DNA of 63,254 nucleotides, counting the filler. It is 5 parts of 5 records of this genome, joined end to end, with 100 filler letters (N's around TTAATTAATTAA, not from the genome) between each part and the next. Parts side by side here need not be neighbours in the genome. Positions count along the whole stretch, not along the records: positions 1 to 14,319 come from SRR31156797_166; 4 more parts are not named here. The stretch is one strand, 5' to 3'. A program made the position numbers and the translations under genes. This document shows, piece by piece, positions 1 through 10,256 of the stretch (the stretch's first letter is position 1; each line of letters begins with the position of its first letter). The notes under the pieces are model-generated. The model was not told the DNA's origin. It made no database searches and was given only the letters and a program-made list of their open reading frames with translations.

Positions 1-346
1 TATGAATATTTTTAATAATGCAAAAGATGCTTTAAAAACCTCAGAATACAAAGAAAAATATCTTTTTATAGAATCCCATAAAAAAGAGGATCATATCTGC
101 ATCTGCTTTAAAGATAACGCTGGTGGAATAGCAAAAAAAGTGATGCCAAGAATCTTTGAACCATACTTTACCACCAAACACAAATCCCAAGGAACAGGAT
201 TAGGACTTCATATGACTTACAATCTTATCATTGAGGGGATGAATGGAACTATTGAAGCTTTTAATGTGGAGTTTGAGTATAAGGGTGAGGATTATAAAGG
301 GGCGGAGTTTATTATAAGTTTGCCTTTGGTTTATAAAGAGGTATAA
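1..346 (+). CDS. Sensor histidine kinase, C-terminal HATPase_c fragment (5' end outside window)
   Basis: N-box (NIFNNAKDA), G1 (DNAGGI), F-box (IFEPYFTTK), G2 (GTGLGL). Confidence 0.9.
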   Translation, partial: MNIFNNAKDALKTSEYKEKYLFIESHKKEDHICICFKDNAGGIAKKVMPRIFEPYFTTKHKSQGTGLGLHMTYNLIIEGMNGTIEAFNVEFEYKGEDYKGAEFIISLPLVYKEV

Positions 347-347
347 G

Positions 348-1058
348 TCAAAGACTATTCCTCTCCAAATACTCCCTAAACTCTTTGGCTCCATCTTTAG
401 AAGTAGTTACAATCTCATCAATACCTCGAAAACTGATCTCTAGCTTTGATTGTTCGATACTATCCATTGATTCTATTTTATCTACATTTACAAGATATGA
501 TCTATGGACTCTAAAAAAGTTTTTCTCTTTTAAAAGGGTATCTAGATCACCTATTTTTTTTCGTACATATACATCAGTATCTTTTATCCTTACAATCACT
601 TCATCAAGGTCTGCTTTTATATAGTAGATATCATCTATATCGATAAGGTAAAGGGTTCCTCCACTTTTTCCTAAAAGTTTTTTTGTAGTATTTGTTTTTG
701 TCTCAAGATGTTTTTTAGCTTTTTTTAGGCTCTCTTGTATCGCTTTTTCATCAACTGGCTTTAAAAGGTATCCAAGTCCTCCAGTTTGAAAGGCTTCTAT
801 AGCAAACTCTTCATAGGCTGTTTGAAAGATGATATAAGTAGATGGTTCAAGTTCTAAGATCTTATTGGCTAGTTCAAGTCCACTAATTTCAGGCATAGAT
901 ATATCTAAAAATACTAGATCAAATTTTGTTTTTGTAGCCTCTTTATAAGCTTCTAAAGGATCATTAAAAACAGTGATATCACTCTCACCTTCATTTTCTA
1001 AAAGTCTTTTTATTCTACTTGTTGCTAAAGTTTCATCATCTACTACTAGTATTTTCAT
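348..1058 (-). CDS. LytTR-family two-component response regulator
   Basis: N-terminal REC (VVDDE, FLDISMP, KP) plus LytTR motif FFRVHRSYLVN; overlaps upstream kinase by 4 nt. Confidence 0.93.
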   Translation of the reverse strand: MKILVVDDETLATSRIKRLLENEGESDITVFNDPLEAYKEATKTKFDLVFLDISMPEISGLELANKILELEPSTYIIFQTAYEEFAIEAFQTGGLGYLLKPVDEKAIQESLKKAKKHLETKTNTTKKLLGKSGGTLYLIDIDDIYYIKADLDEVIVRIKDTDVYVRKKIGDLDTLLKEKNFFRVHRSYLVNVDKIESMDSIEQSKLEISFRGIDEIVTTSKDGAKEFREYLERNSL

Positions 1059-2047
1059 ACGTTTTCCTTTATATTAATGGTAAAAACCATTTGATCATCT
1101 ATTATACTATGTTCTAGGCTTCCTATGTCTAAAAGCTCCAATCTTTTAGAAAGGTTTGATAGACCTGTTCCAAACTGGAGATTTGTTTGGAGTTTTCCGT
1201 TATTGGAAACTACTATTTTATCATTGGTAGCTTCTATTTGTATGTTGAGTGGTTTATGGAGATATCCATGTTTGATACTATTTTCTACTAAAAGTTGGAT
1301 AGAAAATTTTGGGATAAAAACTGGATGGGTGTTTTGTATATTTGTATGGAGTTTTATCTTATCTTCAAATCGAATATTTTCTATCTCTAAATAGGTCTCT
1401 ACCATACGAAGTTCCTCTTCTAAAGAGATCACACTTTTTGTATCTATGGCATTTCGTAAAAATTTTGCAAGATTTAAAATAGAGGTTTCTGCTTTTTTAG
1501 GATCTATATAGACAAGCTCACTCATAGAGTTTAGGGCATTAAATAAAAAGTGAGGGTTTAGCTCATTCTCTAAGGTTTTAATTTTAGTTTCTAAAGTTTC
1601 ATTTTTGATATGTTCATGTTTATATTTCATAGAGATAAATTGATGTAAGATCAATCCTATTAAAAAGGTTAAAAAACCTATAGTGATAGAGATATAAAAC
1701 CAAAAAGGTTTGATTAGTTCTATAATAGGGGGATTAAAATTTAAAAAAATAGCGTAGCTAAATAAAAAGCCAAAGAGACCTGAACTAAAAGAGAATAAAA
1801 AGCTAATAAGATACCAAAATTTTTTATTTACCTTTGGTAAGATAAAGTTATTGGAAATAGTTATAAGTAAAGATGCACAAAGAGCTATTAAAATAGAAGT
1901 GGTGATACTAAAAAATATAGTAGAGCTAGTTTGAAGTTCACTATTTAAAAAATAAAAAAATAAAGAGATAAAAAGCCCAAAAAAAGCCCCGATCCCTATA
2001 ATGTACAACCAATCATATGATGAGATCTTTAGTTCTACACTATTCAC
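1055..2047 (-). CDS. LytS/YehU-type membrane sensor histidine kinase
   Basis: About four N-terminal TM segments; ELNPHFLFNALN H-box; QLLVENSIKHG; GTGLSNL. Confidence 0.92.
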   Translation of the reverse strand: MNSVELKISSYDWLYIIGIGAFFGLFISLFFYFLNSELQTSSTIFFSITTSILIALCASLLITISNNFILPKVNKKFWYLISFLFSFSSGLFGFLFSYAIFLNFNPPIIELIKPFWFYISITIGFLTFLIGLILHQFISMKYKHEHIKNETLETKIKTLENELNPHFLFNALNSMSELVYIDPKKAETSILNLAKFLRNAIDTKSVISLEEELRMVETYLEIENIRFEDKIKLHTNIQNTHPVFIPKFSIQLLVENSIKHGYLHKPLNIQIEATNDKIVVSNNGKLQTNLQFGTGLSNLSKRLELLDIGSLEHSIIDDQMVFTINIKENV

Positions 2048-3453
2048 TTTAACTCCTTATACAGTACATAGGCTCCAAGTGCCACACCAGGCCATCCTTG
2101 CCCCGCAAAGATAGTATCACCTATGTTATAAAGCCCTTTAAATGGTGTCTGGCAACTTGGAAGCTCCATCATATTTTTAAATCCTATTGCTTTTCCTCCA
2201 CAGTTATATCTTCCAATATAGTGGTTAAATGTGGATGAGGTAGCACTAAAATTTTCTATGATATTTTCTCTTTTTATAGTATCAAAATACTCCAAAAACT
2301 TTTTAAGGATAAATAGCTCTGTTTGTTTTTTTTCATACTCATACTCCTCTTTTGAGAGGTTTTTCCAAAAGCTAGCTTGTGTATGGGTGGAGATAGTAAT
2401 GCTAAAGGTTCCATTTTTACTTAATCTATCATCTTCTTTATCACTAAAAGAGATGAAAAAAGAGTTTGAAATACTATTTGGAATGGTTTGCTCTAGGATG
2501 ATCTGATAATGGTGTAAAAACTCTTCATCACTTTTTAAAGTAAGATATACCACAAAAGCACTTTGATCACTAAACGAAAAACTCTCATAATACTCTTTTA
2601 TTTTTTTATCTTCAAAAAACTTTCCGCTATCATAGATGGAACTATTTAAGATCACATTTTTTGCTTGATAGTTTTGTGTATTTGAGATCACTTCATAGTG
2701 ATCTTTTTTTGGGATAATCTTTTCTATCTTTTCTTTTGTATGGGTATCAATCTCTTTTGTAATCTCTTTGATAAGTTCACCCATCCCACCATTGACATAA
2801 AATACATCATGAAATGGATAACTAAGTCCTAGCGCTAAAGAAAGGAGTGAGATATTTTGTGAAGTGGTTTGTACAGTGATAAGAAGTCCAGCATCTATAA
2901 AGTTTTGGTATTCTTTACTTATCCCATCTAAATGTTTATGAATAAATCCTAGTGCACTTTGAAAGATATCTAGACCAAAGACTTTGAGTAGTTCTAGTAT
3001 AAACTGGGAGGTTTTTATATATCTTTGAAAACTATATTTTCCAAAGTATATGTGCTGTAGCTGCCAAAACTTTTCATCTAACTCTTTGAGTTTTGACCAA
3101 AATACTCTATTGTTTTTGTGGGGATAGTGAGTATTGATCTGCTCCAAAAAAGCCTCAAAATCTTTGACTCTATCTATTTGTTTATCTTTTTGGATCACTC
3201 TTATAGCAATATCGCTTTTTTTGATATCTGGGATAATATTTGAGTGATCAAAGATCTTTTTTACCACATGGTTCTCTTCATATCCTACAAAAGTGGTAGC
3301 TCCAGTATTAAAATAGTGTCCATATCTTTTAAAAGTAGAAGCACATCCACCTAGGTTTTTATCTTGTTCAAATAAAAGTGTGGAGTCTTTATTTAATAAA
3401 GAAGCTATAAGTGAGCCCCCGATTCCACTTCCTACTACAAGATTTTCAATCAT
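2044..3453 (-). CDS. FAD-dependent oxidoreductase, phytoene desaturase/CrtD-like family
   Basis: GSGIGG dinucleotide motif, GGCASTF..GATT, GGMGEL, C-terminal LYNIGDTIFAGQGWPGV. Confidence 0.75.
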   Translation of the reverse strand: MIENLVVGSGIGGSLIASLLNKDSTLLFEQDKNLGGCASTFKRYGHYFNTGATTFVGYEENHVVKKIFDHSNIIPDIKKSDIAIRVIQKDKQIDRVKDFEAFLEQINTHYPHKNNRVFWSKLKELDEKFWQLQHIYFGKYSFQRYIKTSQFILELLKVFGLDIFQSALGFIHKHLDGISKEYQNFIDAGLLITVQTTSQNISLLSLALGLSYPFHDVFYVNGGMGELIKEITKEIDTHTKEKIEKIIPKKDHYEVISNTQNYQAKNVILNSSIYDSGKFFEDKKIKEYYESFSFSDQSAFVVYLTLKSDEEFLHHYQIILEQTIPNSISNSFFISFSDKEDDRLSKNGTFSITISTHTQASFWKNLSKEEYEYEKKQTELFILKKFLEYFDTIKRENIIENFSATSSTFNHYIGRYNCGGKAIGFKNMMELPSCQTPFKGLYNIGDTIFAGQGWPGVALGAYVLYKELK

Positions 3454-4760
3454 TACGATACCTTTTTAAAAATATCAATAGCATTTTGTCGTGAACTTTT
3501 GACATCTATAATTGCTTGTGTAAGAGCATTCTCTTTATGAAAAATTTTTGGATCAGTTTCTTTTAGTTCTTCTAAAACTGATTTGATAAAGATCCCCTCT
3601 TTATCAAACTTTTCACTTTGAGAGTAGGGATTAAAGACTCTAAAATAGGGGGCACTATCTGCTCCTGTACTGGCTCCCCACTGCCATGAGCCTATATTTG
3701 AGCTTGCTTCATAATCTAGAAGTTTTAAAGCAAAATAGTGCTCACCCCATTGCCAAGGTAAAAAAAGATTTTTAGTAAGAAATGAAGCGACGATCATTCG
3801 TAGACGGTTATGCATCATTCCTGTCTTATTTAAGTGTTTCATTGCAGCATCTATAATTGGTACGCCAGTTTCCCCTTTATACCACTGTTTAAATTTCTCT
3901 TCATCTGTGTCCCAAGGGATATTTTTCCCATTAAAGTTCCTTTTCTCACATGAAGGAAAATGAAAAAGGATATAGTTATAAAACTCCCTCCAAAAAAGCT
4001 CTCGTATAAAAAACTCACTTTGTTCATACGGTTTGATTTTATTAAATATCTGCTTTGGAGAAATAAGTCCAAATCGTAGATGAACTGAGAGGTTTGATGT
4101 GGCATCTTTATAAAAGTAGTCTCGATCATTTTTATAGGTTTCAAGTTTTGGGATAAACTCTTCTAAAAGGCTATCTGCATCTTTATTTAAAAACGGAGGC
4201 AATTCTACGGGTTCAAAGCCCATACTTTGTAAAGTGGGTATGGTAGTAAATTCATATTTTAAAAGTTGTATTTCATTGTTTTGTAAAAACTCTTCTATAT
4301 GATCACTTTGCCAAAGTGTAGAGAGGTTTTTATAAAATGGAGTAAATACTTTATATGGGCTTCCATCTGTTTTTAATCCATCATTTGGATGGATCAAAAA
4401 TGAGTCGTAAAATCTTTGCATAGGGAGTAATTGTTCTATCTCTTTATCTCTAGCTATTGCATAGGAATCAAAGTCACAGCTACATAATACTTCATCAAAA
4501 TTATAAGTATTTAAAAGTGTTTGAAAGATCTCTTTAGGTTCTCCATAAAATACAGCAAGATTGAGTCCGATACTTTGAAGTTTTTTCATAAGTTCTAAGA
4601 CACTTTTATAGATAAAGCTTACTCTTTTGTCATTTTTAGGTAACTTACTTAAAATATTTGGATCAAAAATAAAGATTGGGAGTATTTCACCTTTTGCATA
4701 GTGAAGTAGGGCACTATCACTTATCCGTAAATCTCTTCTAAACCAAAGTATCTGCTTCAT
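3453..4760 (-). CDS. phrB: Deoxyribodipyrimidine photolyase / cryptochrome family
   Basis: WFRRDLR start, ELFWREF, TGVPIIDAAM, MHNRLRMIVASFL, LLDYE..N.GSWQW, RVFNP. Confidence 0.93.
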   Translation of the reverse strand: MKQILWFRRDLRISDSALLHYAKGEILPIFIFDPNILSKLPKNDKRVSFIYKSVLELMKKLQSIGLNLAVFYGEPKEIFQTLLNTYNFDEVLCSCDFDSYAIARDKEIEQLLPMQRFYDSFLIHPNDGLKTDGSPYKVFTPFYKNLSTLWQSDHIEEFLQNNEIQLLKYEFTTIPTLQSMGFEPVELPPFLNKDADSLLEEFIPKLETYKNDRDYFYKDATSNLSVHLRFGLISPKQIFNKIKPYEQSEFFIRELFWREFYNYILFHFPSCEKRNFNGKNIPWDTDEEKFKQWYKGETGVPIIDAAMKHLNKTGMMHNRLRMIVASFLTKNLFLPWQWGEHYFALKLLDYEASSNIGSWQWGASTGADSAPYFRVFNPYSQSEKFDKEGIFIKSVLEELKETDPKIFHKENALTQAIIDVKSSRQNAIDIFKKVS

Positions 4761-5710
4761 TATTTAAATGCCCCAATGTTTGATCGAAGAGCGAGTTCAG
4801 GTGGATATGGATTTAGAAATTTTTGTTTTTTTAGATACTCTTCATCAAATTTTTTTACATAGAGATTGAGCAGTTTTATAACAGCAATAAGTGGGATGAT
4901 CCCTTGTTTATATTCATTGCAAGCATTCAGTGTATGTTCTTTCTCCTCTTTGCTAAGCTCTTTTTTAAAGTAACCAAAAATATGTAAAAGTACATTATAG
5001 GTTTTATTGATACTCCCTTTTTCATTGATCGCTTGTAAAAAACTAGCCTGATAATTTTCTAAAACTATTTCAAATTCAAGTTTGTCATGATTTGCAACAA
5101 TTCTTCCAAGCTCTTTATAGGCTTCGTGAGATTTTGCATAGATAAGATATTTATAGTTTGTATGAAACTCAACTAACTCTTTATATAATGGCTTAGTTTT
5201 TAAAAACTCTTGAAAATCATGATATGCATATACTTGCATCAAAAAGTTTTCTCTTAGCCATGGATCATTTAATCTTCCTTCTTCTTCCATAGGAAGATAA
5301 GGATAGAGTTTTTTTATTTCATTGGCAAAGATCCCAACTCCTTTTTTTTCACTTGGAGCATTTACAGGCTGATATACTTTTACCCTCTCCATTCCACAAG
5401 TTGGAGATTTTGATTTGAGGATAAAACCACAGAGTTGATCATCTGAAATCTTATTGGCGAGAGTTTGTGAGATGTCATGAAGCTCTTTAGTAACATCTTT
5501 TTTTGTTTTATTAGTGATCACTTTTATATTTTCATCTTGTTCTACAAGACGAATAGACTCTCTTGGAGTTCCAAAGATTATTGATTCTGGACAATAAGGA
5601 ATAAAAGTGAAATATGAAGATAAGGTATCTACTATGAACTGATCTTTACAACCACTTCCATCATAACGACATTGTTCACCTAAAAGACAAGTTGAGATCC
5701 CAAGTTTCAT
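4760..5710 (-). CDS. ybgA: DUF523/DUF1722 (YbgA; 2-thiouracil desulfurase-like) protein
   Basis: GISTCLLGEQCRYDG, CPE, LKSKSPTCG, EEEGRL.DP.LRENF, FHT.YKY; usual position upstream of phrB. Confidence 0.9.
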   Translation of the reverse strand: MKLGISTCLLGEQCRYDGSGCKDQFIVDTLSSYFTFIPYCPESIIFGTPRESIRLVEQDENIKVITNKTKKDVTKELHDISQTLANKISDDQLCGFILKSKSPTCGMERVKVYQPVNAPSEKKGVGIFANEIKKLYPYLPMEEEGRLNDPWLRENFLMQVYAYHDFQEFLKTKPLYKELVEFHTNYKYLIYAKSHEAYKELGRIVANHDKLEFEIVLENYQASFLQAINEKGSINKTYNVLLHIFGYFKKELSKEEKEHTLNACNEYKQGIIPLIAVIKLLNLYVKKFDEEYLKKQKFLNPYPPELALRSNIGAFK

Positions 5711-5823
5711 AAAAATATCCTTTTTTTATTTTTATTTATTATATATTATTCTTATGTTGTTTTGTACTACTAATATAGTATTTTAGTATTTCTTTTAGTT
5801 AATTTATAGTATTATTAACACTT

Positions 5824-7800
5824 ATGACAGAGAATACCTTATTTACAAAAAGACTCACACTGCTTTTGTTAAAAGAATCTATTCATACATACGATGATTT
5901 ATTATATGAAAATTTTGGTTCAGTTTTAGTGGCATATGATATAGAAGATGCAAATAAAAAATTTTCAGAGCACTATATCGATATGGTGATGGTAGAACTC
6001 CATGAAGAAAACCAAGAAAAACTTTTATTTATAGATAATTTACGAAAAAAAAGAGCTTTTTTAATCTCTCTTGCACTTGTTCTAAAAACAATAGATCAAA
6101 AGATATATGAAGAGTGTTTAGATCATTGGATCGATGGTATCTTTGATGATTCAATAGACAGTAAAAAATTTTTAAAAAAATTTAAACATTTAGAAAAGAG
6201 ATACTTAAAAGTTGAAGAATATGAATCAAATAAAGAAAACATCAACCTTTTAAAACAATATCAAGAGATCACAGATAAAAGCTCGATCATCTCTAAGACA
6301 GATATTAGTGGAAAGATCACTTATGTGAATGATAATTTTTGTAAGATCTCAGGATATACAAAAGATGAACTATTAGGGAAAAACCATCGTATCATTCGAC
6401 ATCCAGATTCAAAAAAAGAAGTATTTGTAGAGATGTGGCATATGATCAAGGATCTTAAAAAACCTTGGGGTGGGATTTTACGAAATATGGGTAAAAGTGC
6501 AAACTCCTATTATGTAAAATCTACAATTACTCCTATCTTAGATAGACGTGGAAATATTGTAGAGTTTATCGCACTTCGCCAAAATATTAGTGCCATTTTA
6601 AGTGATAAACAGCATTTTTTAGACAAGATAGATTCAAATATGCTCTCTTTACTTGTCTTAGTTCAAATAGATAGTTTTGATATGCTTGAAAAGTTTTATA
6701 ATTTGACCACTGTAGATAAGATAGAAAAAATGTTTGGATTTAGACTTTTAAACTATCTTCCAAAAGAGTTTAAGTTTGATAATGTGTACAATCTTGAAAA
6801 TGGAAGGTACGCACTTTTAACAAATCTTGATGAATTTATGAGTAAAGAGATCATTATCTCTGAGTATCTTCAAGAGTTTGTTGACAATGTAAAAAAAGCA
6901 ACCCTTGATATTGATGGGATCGAATATGATATCAGCATCTCTTTAAGTTATGCGATGGGGAAATATATGCTTTATGAAGATGCAAAAGCAGGACTTAGTG
7001 AAGCGATAGAAAATAATATGATCGTATGTCACTCAAATGATTTTTCTATCAAACATCAACAAGAAGCGAAGAAAAACCTTGATGTGATCAAAATGGTAAA
7101 GGTTGCTTTAGATAACTATAAAATCGTATCATATTTTCAACCAATTATTAATAATACTACAAAAAAGATAGAAAAATATGAATCTTTGGTAAGATTGGTG
7201 GATGAAAATGGAAATGTTTGTACCCCCTATCAGTTTTTAAGTGTTTCTAAAAAAGGAGCTTATTACAATAAGATTACCCAAAGAGTTTTAGATAACTCTT
7301 TTAAGATGCTTCACAATATAAAAACCAAACTCTCTATTAATCTTTCTTTATGGGATATAGAAAAAGATGATACGAGAAAGTATATTTATAAACTTTTAAA
7401 AGAGTATAAAGAGGATTGCCCAAGATTGATCTTTGAACTTTTAGAAGATGAGTCAGTAAAAGATTTCCAAGTGATCAAAGAGTTTGTGAAAAAAGTAAAA
7501 AAGCTTGGAGTTTCTATTGCAATAGATGATTTTGGAGCAGGGTATTCTAATTTTGAGAGACTTTTAGAGTTTGAGCCTGATATTATTAAAATAGATGGAA
7601 GTTTGATTAAAAATATTATTGATAATGAATATAATCAAAGTGTAGTGGAGACAATCGTAAGTTTTGCAAAAAAACAAAATATCAGTGTAGTTGCTGAGTT
7701 TGTTGAAACAAAAGAGATTTTTGAATACTTACACAATTTAGGGGTAGATTATTCGCAAGGGTATTATTTTGGAAAACCTGAAGAGTTAAGTTTAGATTAA
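5824..7800 (+). CDS. PAS + degenerate GGDEF + EAL c-di-GMP phosphodiesterase
   Basis: Aer-like PAS (SKTDISGKITYVNDNFCKISGY..ELLGKNHRIIRHP); no GGDEF motif; EAL domain with YESLVRL, DDFGAGYS, KIDG, AEFVE, QGYY. Confidence 0.88.
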   Translation: MTENTLFTKRLTLLLLKESIHTYDDLLYENFGSVLVAYDIEDANKKFSEHYIDMVMVELHEENQEKLLFIDNLRKKRAFLISLALVLKTIDQKIYEECLDHWIDGIFDDSIDSKKFLKKFKHLEKRYLKVEEYESNKENINLLKQYQEITDKSSIISKTDISGKITYVNDNFCKISGYTKDELLGKNHRIIRHPDSKKEVFVEMWHMIKDLKKPWGGILRNMGKSANSYYVKSTITPILDRRGNIVEFIALRQNISAILSDKQHFLDKIDSNMLSLLVLVQIDSFDMLEKFYNLTTVDKIEKMFGFRLLNYLPKEFKFDNVYNLENGRYALLTNLDEFMSKEIIISEYLQEFVDNVKKATLDIDGIEYDISISLSYAMGKYMLYEDAKAGLSEAIENNMIVCHSNDFSIKHQQEAKKNLDVIKMVKVALDNYKIVSYFQPIINNTTKKIEKYESLVRLVDENGNVCTPYQFLSVSKKGAYYNKITQRVLDNSFKMLHNIKTKLSINLSLWDIEKDDTRKYIYKLLKEYKEDCPRLIFELLEDESVKDFQVIKEFVKKVKKLGVSIAIDDFGAGYSNFERLLEFEPDIIKIDGSLIKNIIDNEYNQSVVETIVSFAKKQNISVVAEFVETKEIFEYLHNLGVDYSQGYYFGKPEELSLD

Positions 7801-8402
7801 AAAATTTCATCCATCAAAAGACCTTGTGTGATTGCTTTACTTACAAGCTCTTGTATCTTTTGATTCTCTTGTTGTATTTGAATAAGTGGGGCATCATTTT
7901 GGATCAGAGTATCAATATTTTGTGATATCTCTTGTATCTTTGTAAAAGTTTCATGATCTCTTTCAAAGCCACAATCATCATCAAGTGGTAGTACATAAGC
8001 CTCTCTTTCTTTTTTTTGAGCTTTTAGGATATCTGTTATTCTTGTGAGAAGTTGATCAATATTGAGTGGTTTTAAAAAGAAGTTTTGAACCCCTTTTAAG
8101 ACAGCAATCTCTTGATCTTCAACTTCAGAAGATAAAAATACAAAAGGGATATCATGAAACTTTCGAAGATCTTGAAGTCTATCATAGAATTTATATGATT
8201 CTAAAGAGTCTATATTCATATCTGCAATAATAAGATCAACACTATTAAACTCTAAAACCTCCATTGCCTCATCTTCTGTACTAGCTTCTAATACACCAAT
8301 TGAGACATCATGTAAAGACTCTTCAATAGAATATGCCAACATATCTAAAACCATTTTTTCTTCTTGAGATAAAAATAAAATGTTGAGATTGAGCATAGCC
8401 AT
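7797..8402 (-). CDS. Response regulator receiver protein without recognisable output domain
   Basis: DLIIADMN, IPFVFLS, FFLKP. Confidence 0.75.
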   Translation of the reverse strand: MAMLNLNILFLSQEEKMVLDMLAYSIEESLHDVSIGVLEASTEDEAMEVLEFNSVDLIIADMNIDSLESYKFYDRLQDLRKFHDIPFVFLSSEVEDQEIAVLKGVQNFFLKPLNIDQLLTRITDILKAQKKEREAYVLPLDDDCGFERDHETFTKIQEISQNIDTLIQNDAPLIQIQQENQKIQELVSKAITQGLLMDEIF

Positions 8403-8465
8403 AATTTTGCCTTATTTTTTTCTTAGTGATAATAGTTTAAATTATAGCACAAAAGAAAATATATA

Positions 8466-9125
8466 TCAAATTAAGAATTTATATCCAATTCCACGGATAT
8501 TGATGATCATTCCATTTTTAAGTTTTTTTTGAAGCTTATGAATGATGGAGCGCATACTTACAGCTTCTACAGCTTTATTTCCCCATACATATTCATGGAT
8601 ATCTTCTATACTCACTGTATTATTTGCATTTTTTAAAAAGAGTTCTAACAAGAGCTGTTCTTTTTTTGTAAGAATGATCTCCTCATTATGTTTATAAAGT
8701 TTTTGAGAAGTAAGATCAAAGCAAAATCCATAATGAAGATCAATAATATCATTGGCACTTGTTTGATATATAGTTTTTATAAGATATTTTATACGGATAT
8801 ATAGCTCTTCAAAATCAAATGGTTTTTTTAAATAGTCATTGCACCCAAGATTATATGACTTCTCAATCGATTCAATATCTGAAGAAGCACTTATCATAAT
8901 AACTGGTAGTTCTTTATGCTCTTGTTTGAGTATCTCTAAGATCTTATGCCCATCAAATCCTGGGACATTGATATCTAAGATATAGATATCATAGGGTTGT
9001 TCTAAAACATATTTTGCTGCTTCATAGCCATCTGTACAACTTTGAACAGTAAAATTTTTTTGTAGTAAGGATTCTTTTATGATCTTATTTAAAGCATAAT
9101 CATCTTCTAGTAAAAATATTTTCAT
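8466..9125 (-). CDS. OmpR/PhoB-family DNA-binding response regulator
   Basis: REC (LLEDD, ILDINVP, KP) plus winged helix (LTKKEQ.LL, VWG, IRGIGY). Confidence 0.93.
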   Translation of the reverse strand: MKIFLLEDDYALNKIIKESLLQKNFTVQSCTDGYEAAKYVLEQPYDIYILDINVPGFDGHKILEILKQEHKELPVIMISASSDIESIEKSYNLGCNDYLKKPFDFEELYIRIKYLIKTIYQTSANDIIDLHYGFCFDLTSQKLYKHNEEIILTKKEQLLLELFLKNANNTVSIEDIHEYVWGNKAVEAVSMRSIIHKLQKKLKNGMIINIRGIGYKFLI

Positions 9126-10177
9126 TTTATATCCTTCATAATAGAACTAAGATCATAACAAAAAGTACTTCCTTCATTTTTTTTACTTGTCACATCAACA
9201 AAAATATGATGTTTATCACATATCTCTTTGACTATAGCAAGTCCTAGGCCAAATCCAAGGTTTTCATTTGATTGTTGAAAGTAAGGGGTAAATATTGAGT
9301 CTACATTTTCAATCCCTATCCCATTATCACTGATTTTTAAAAGATATTTGTCAGCTTCTTTTGTTATTAAAAGTGTAATAGTAGAGTTATCATTGGAGTA
9401 TTTTATTGCATTTGATAAAGTATTGTCAATAATCCTTTCAAATTCATACTCATTGATATAGATATCAAAATGGTGATCAACTTCCAATGCAATCTCTATG
9501 TTTTTAATGGATGCAAGTTCATCAAAAAACATAATTCTTGAAGAGAGAAATTTTAAAAGATCAATATCTTTTTGTATATAGCTTGGAGATTCTTTTTTGA
9601 TCAAATAGGAAAGATCTAAGTAGATCGATTGTAAGGTTTTTGAAGATGCTTTTATCACATTGATCTCCTCCATTGATCCTTTTTTTCTCTCAATAGAATC
9701 ACAATTTAAAGAGATCACACTTAAAGGAGTATTCATCTCATGCATAATTTTTTTCATAAAGATATCTTGCTGGTGTAGGAGTTTTGAGATGGTTTTTTTA
9801 CTTTCAGCGATTTCAAGTTGTGTTTTTACCCGTGCAAGTACCTCTTTAGGCTCAAACGGTTTAGTAATATAATCCACACCACCCTCATCAAAAGCTTTCA
9901 CTTTGTGTTCAACATCATCAAAGGCACTAATAAAAATAATAGGAGTTTCTTTCAAATTGGGATACTTTTTTATTTTATTGCATAAACTATATCCATCGAT
10001 ATTTGGCATTTTAATATCAAGTAAGATAAGATCAGGAGTATTTGATTTGACAAACTCTAAAGCCATTGCACCATCTAAAGTAGCTCTGACAAAATAAGTG
10101 TCTTTTAAAATATTATTCAAGTATTGTAAGTTTTCCGATTTATCGTCAACTATTAAAAGGGTATGTTTTTTATCCAT
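9122..10177 (-). CDS. Cytoplasmic hybrid REC-histidine kinase
   Basis: N-terminal REC (IVDD, LLDIKMP, KP); HEMNTP H-box; NAIKY, DNGIGI, GFGLGL. Confidence 0.92.
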   Translation of the reverse strand: MDKKHTLLIVDDKSENLQYLNNILKDTYFVRATLDGAMALEFVKSNTPDLILLDIKMPNIDGYSLCNKIKKYPNLKETPIIFISAFDDVEHKVKAFDEGGVDYITKPFEPKEVLARVKTQLEIAESKKTISKLLHQQDIFMKKIMHEMNTPLSVISLNCDSIERKKGSMEEINVIKASSKTLQSIYLDLSYLIKKESPSYIQKDIDLLKFLSSRIMFFDELASIKNIEIALEVDHHFDIYINEYEFERIIDNTLSNAIKYSNDNSTITLLITKEADKYLLKISDNGIGIENVDSIFTPYFQQSNENLGFGLGLAIVKEICDKHHIFVDVTSKKNEGSTFCYDLSSIMKDIK

Positions 10178-10256
10178 TTATATGCCTACAGAAAGTTTTT
10201 AAATTTATTATATTATTATAGTCAAATAATATCAAACATTAAATTAGGCTCTTTCT

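Noticed and set aside
5711-5823. TAGTATT-like repeats as the LytTR binding site
   Set aside because: The region is extremely AT-rich and the spacing is irregular, so it cannot be distinguished from chance by eye.
6280-6600. PAS domain near the photolyase as a LOV blue-light sensor
   Set aside because: It has GKNHRIIR instead of the GxNCRFLQ motif, so the photoactive cysteine is absent.
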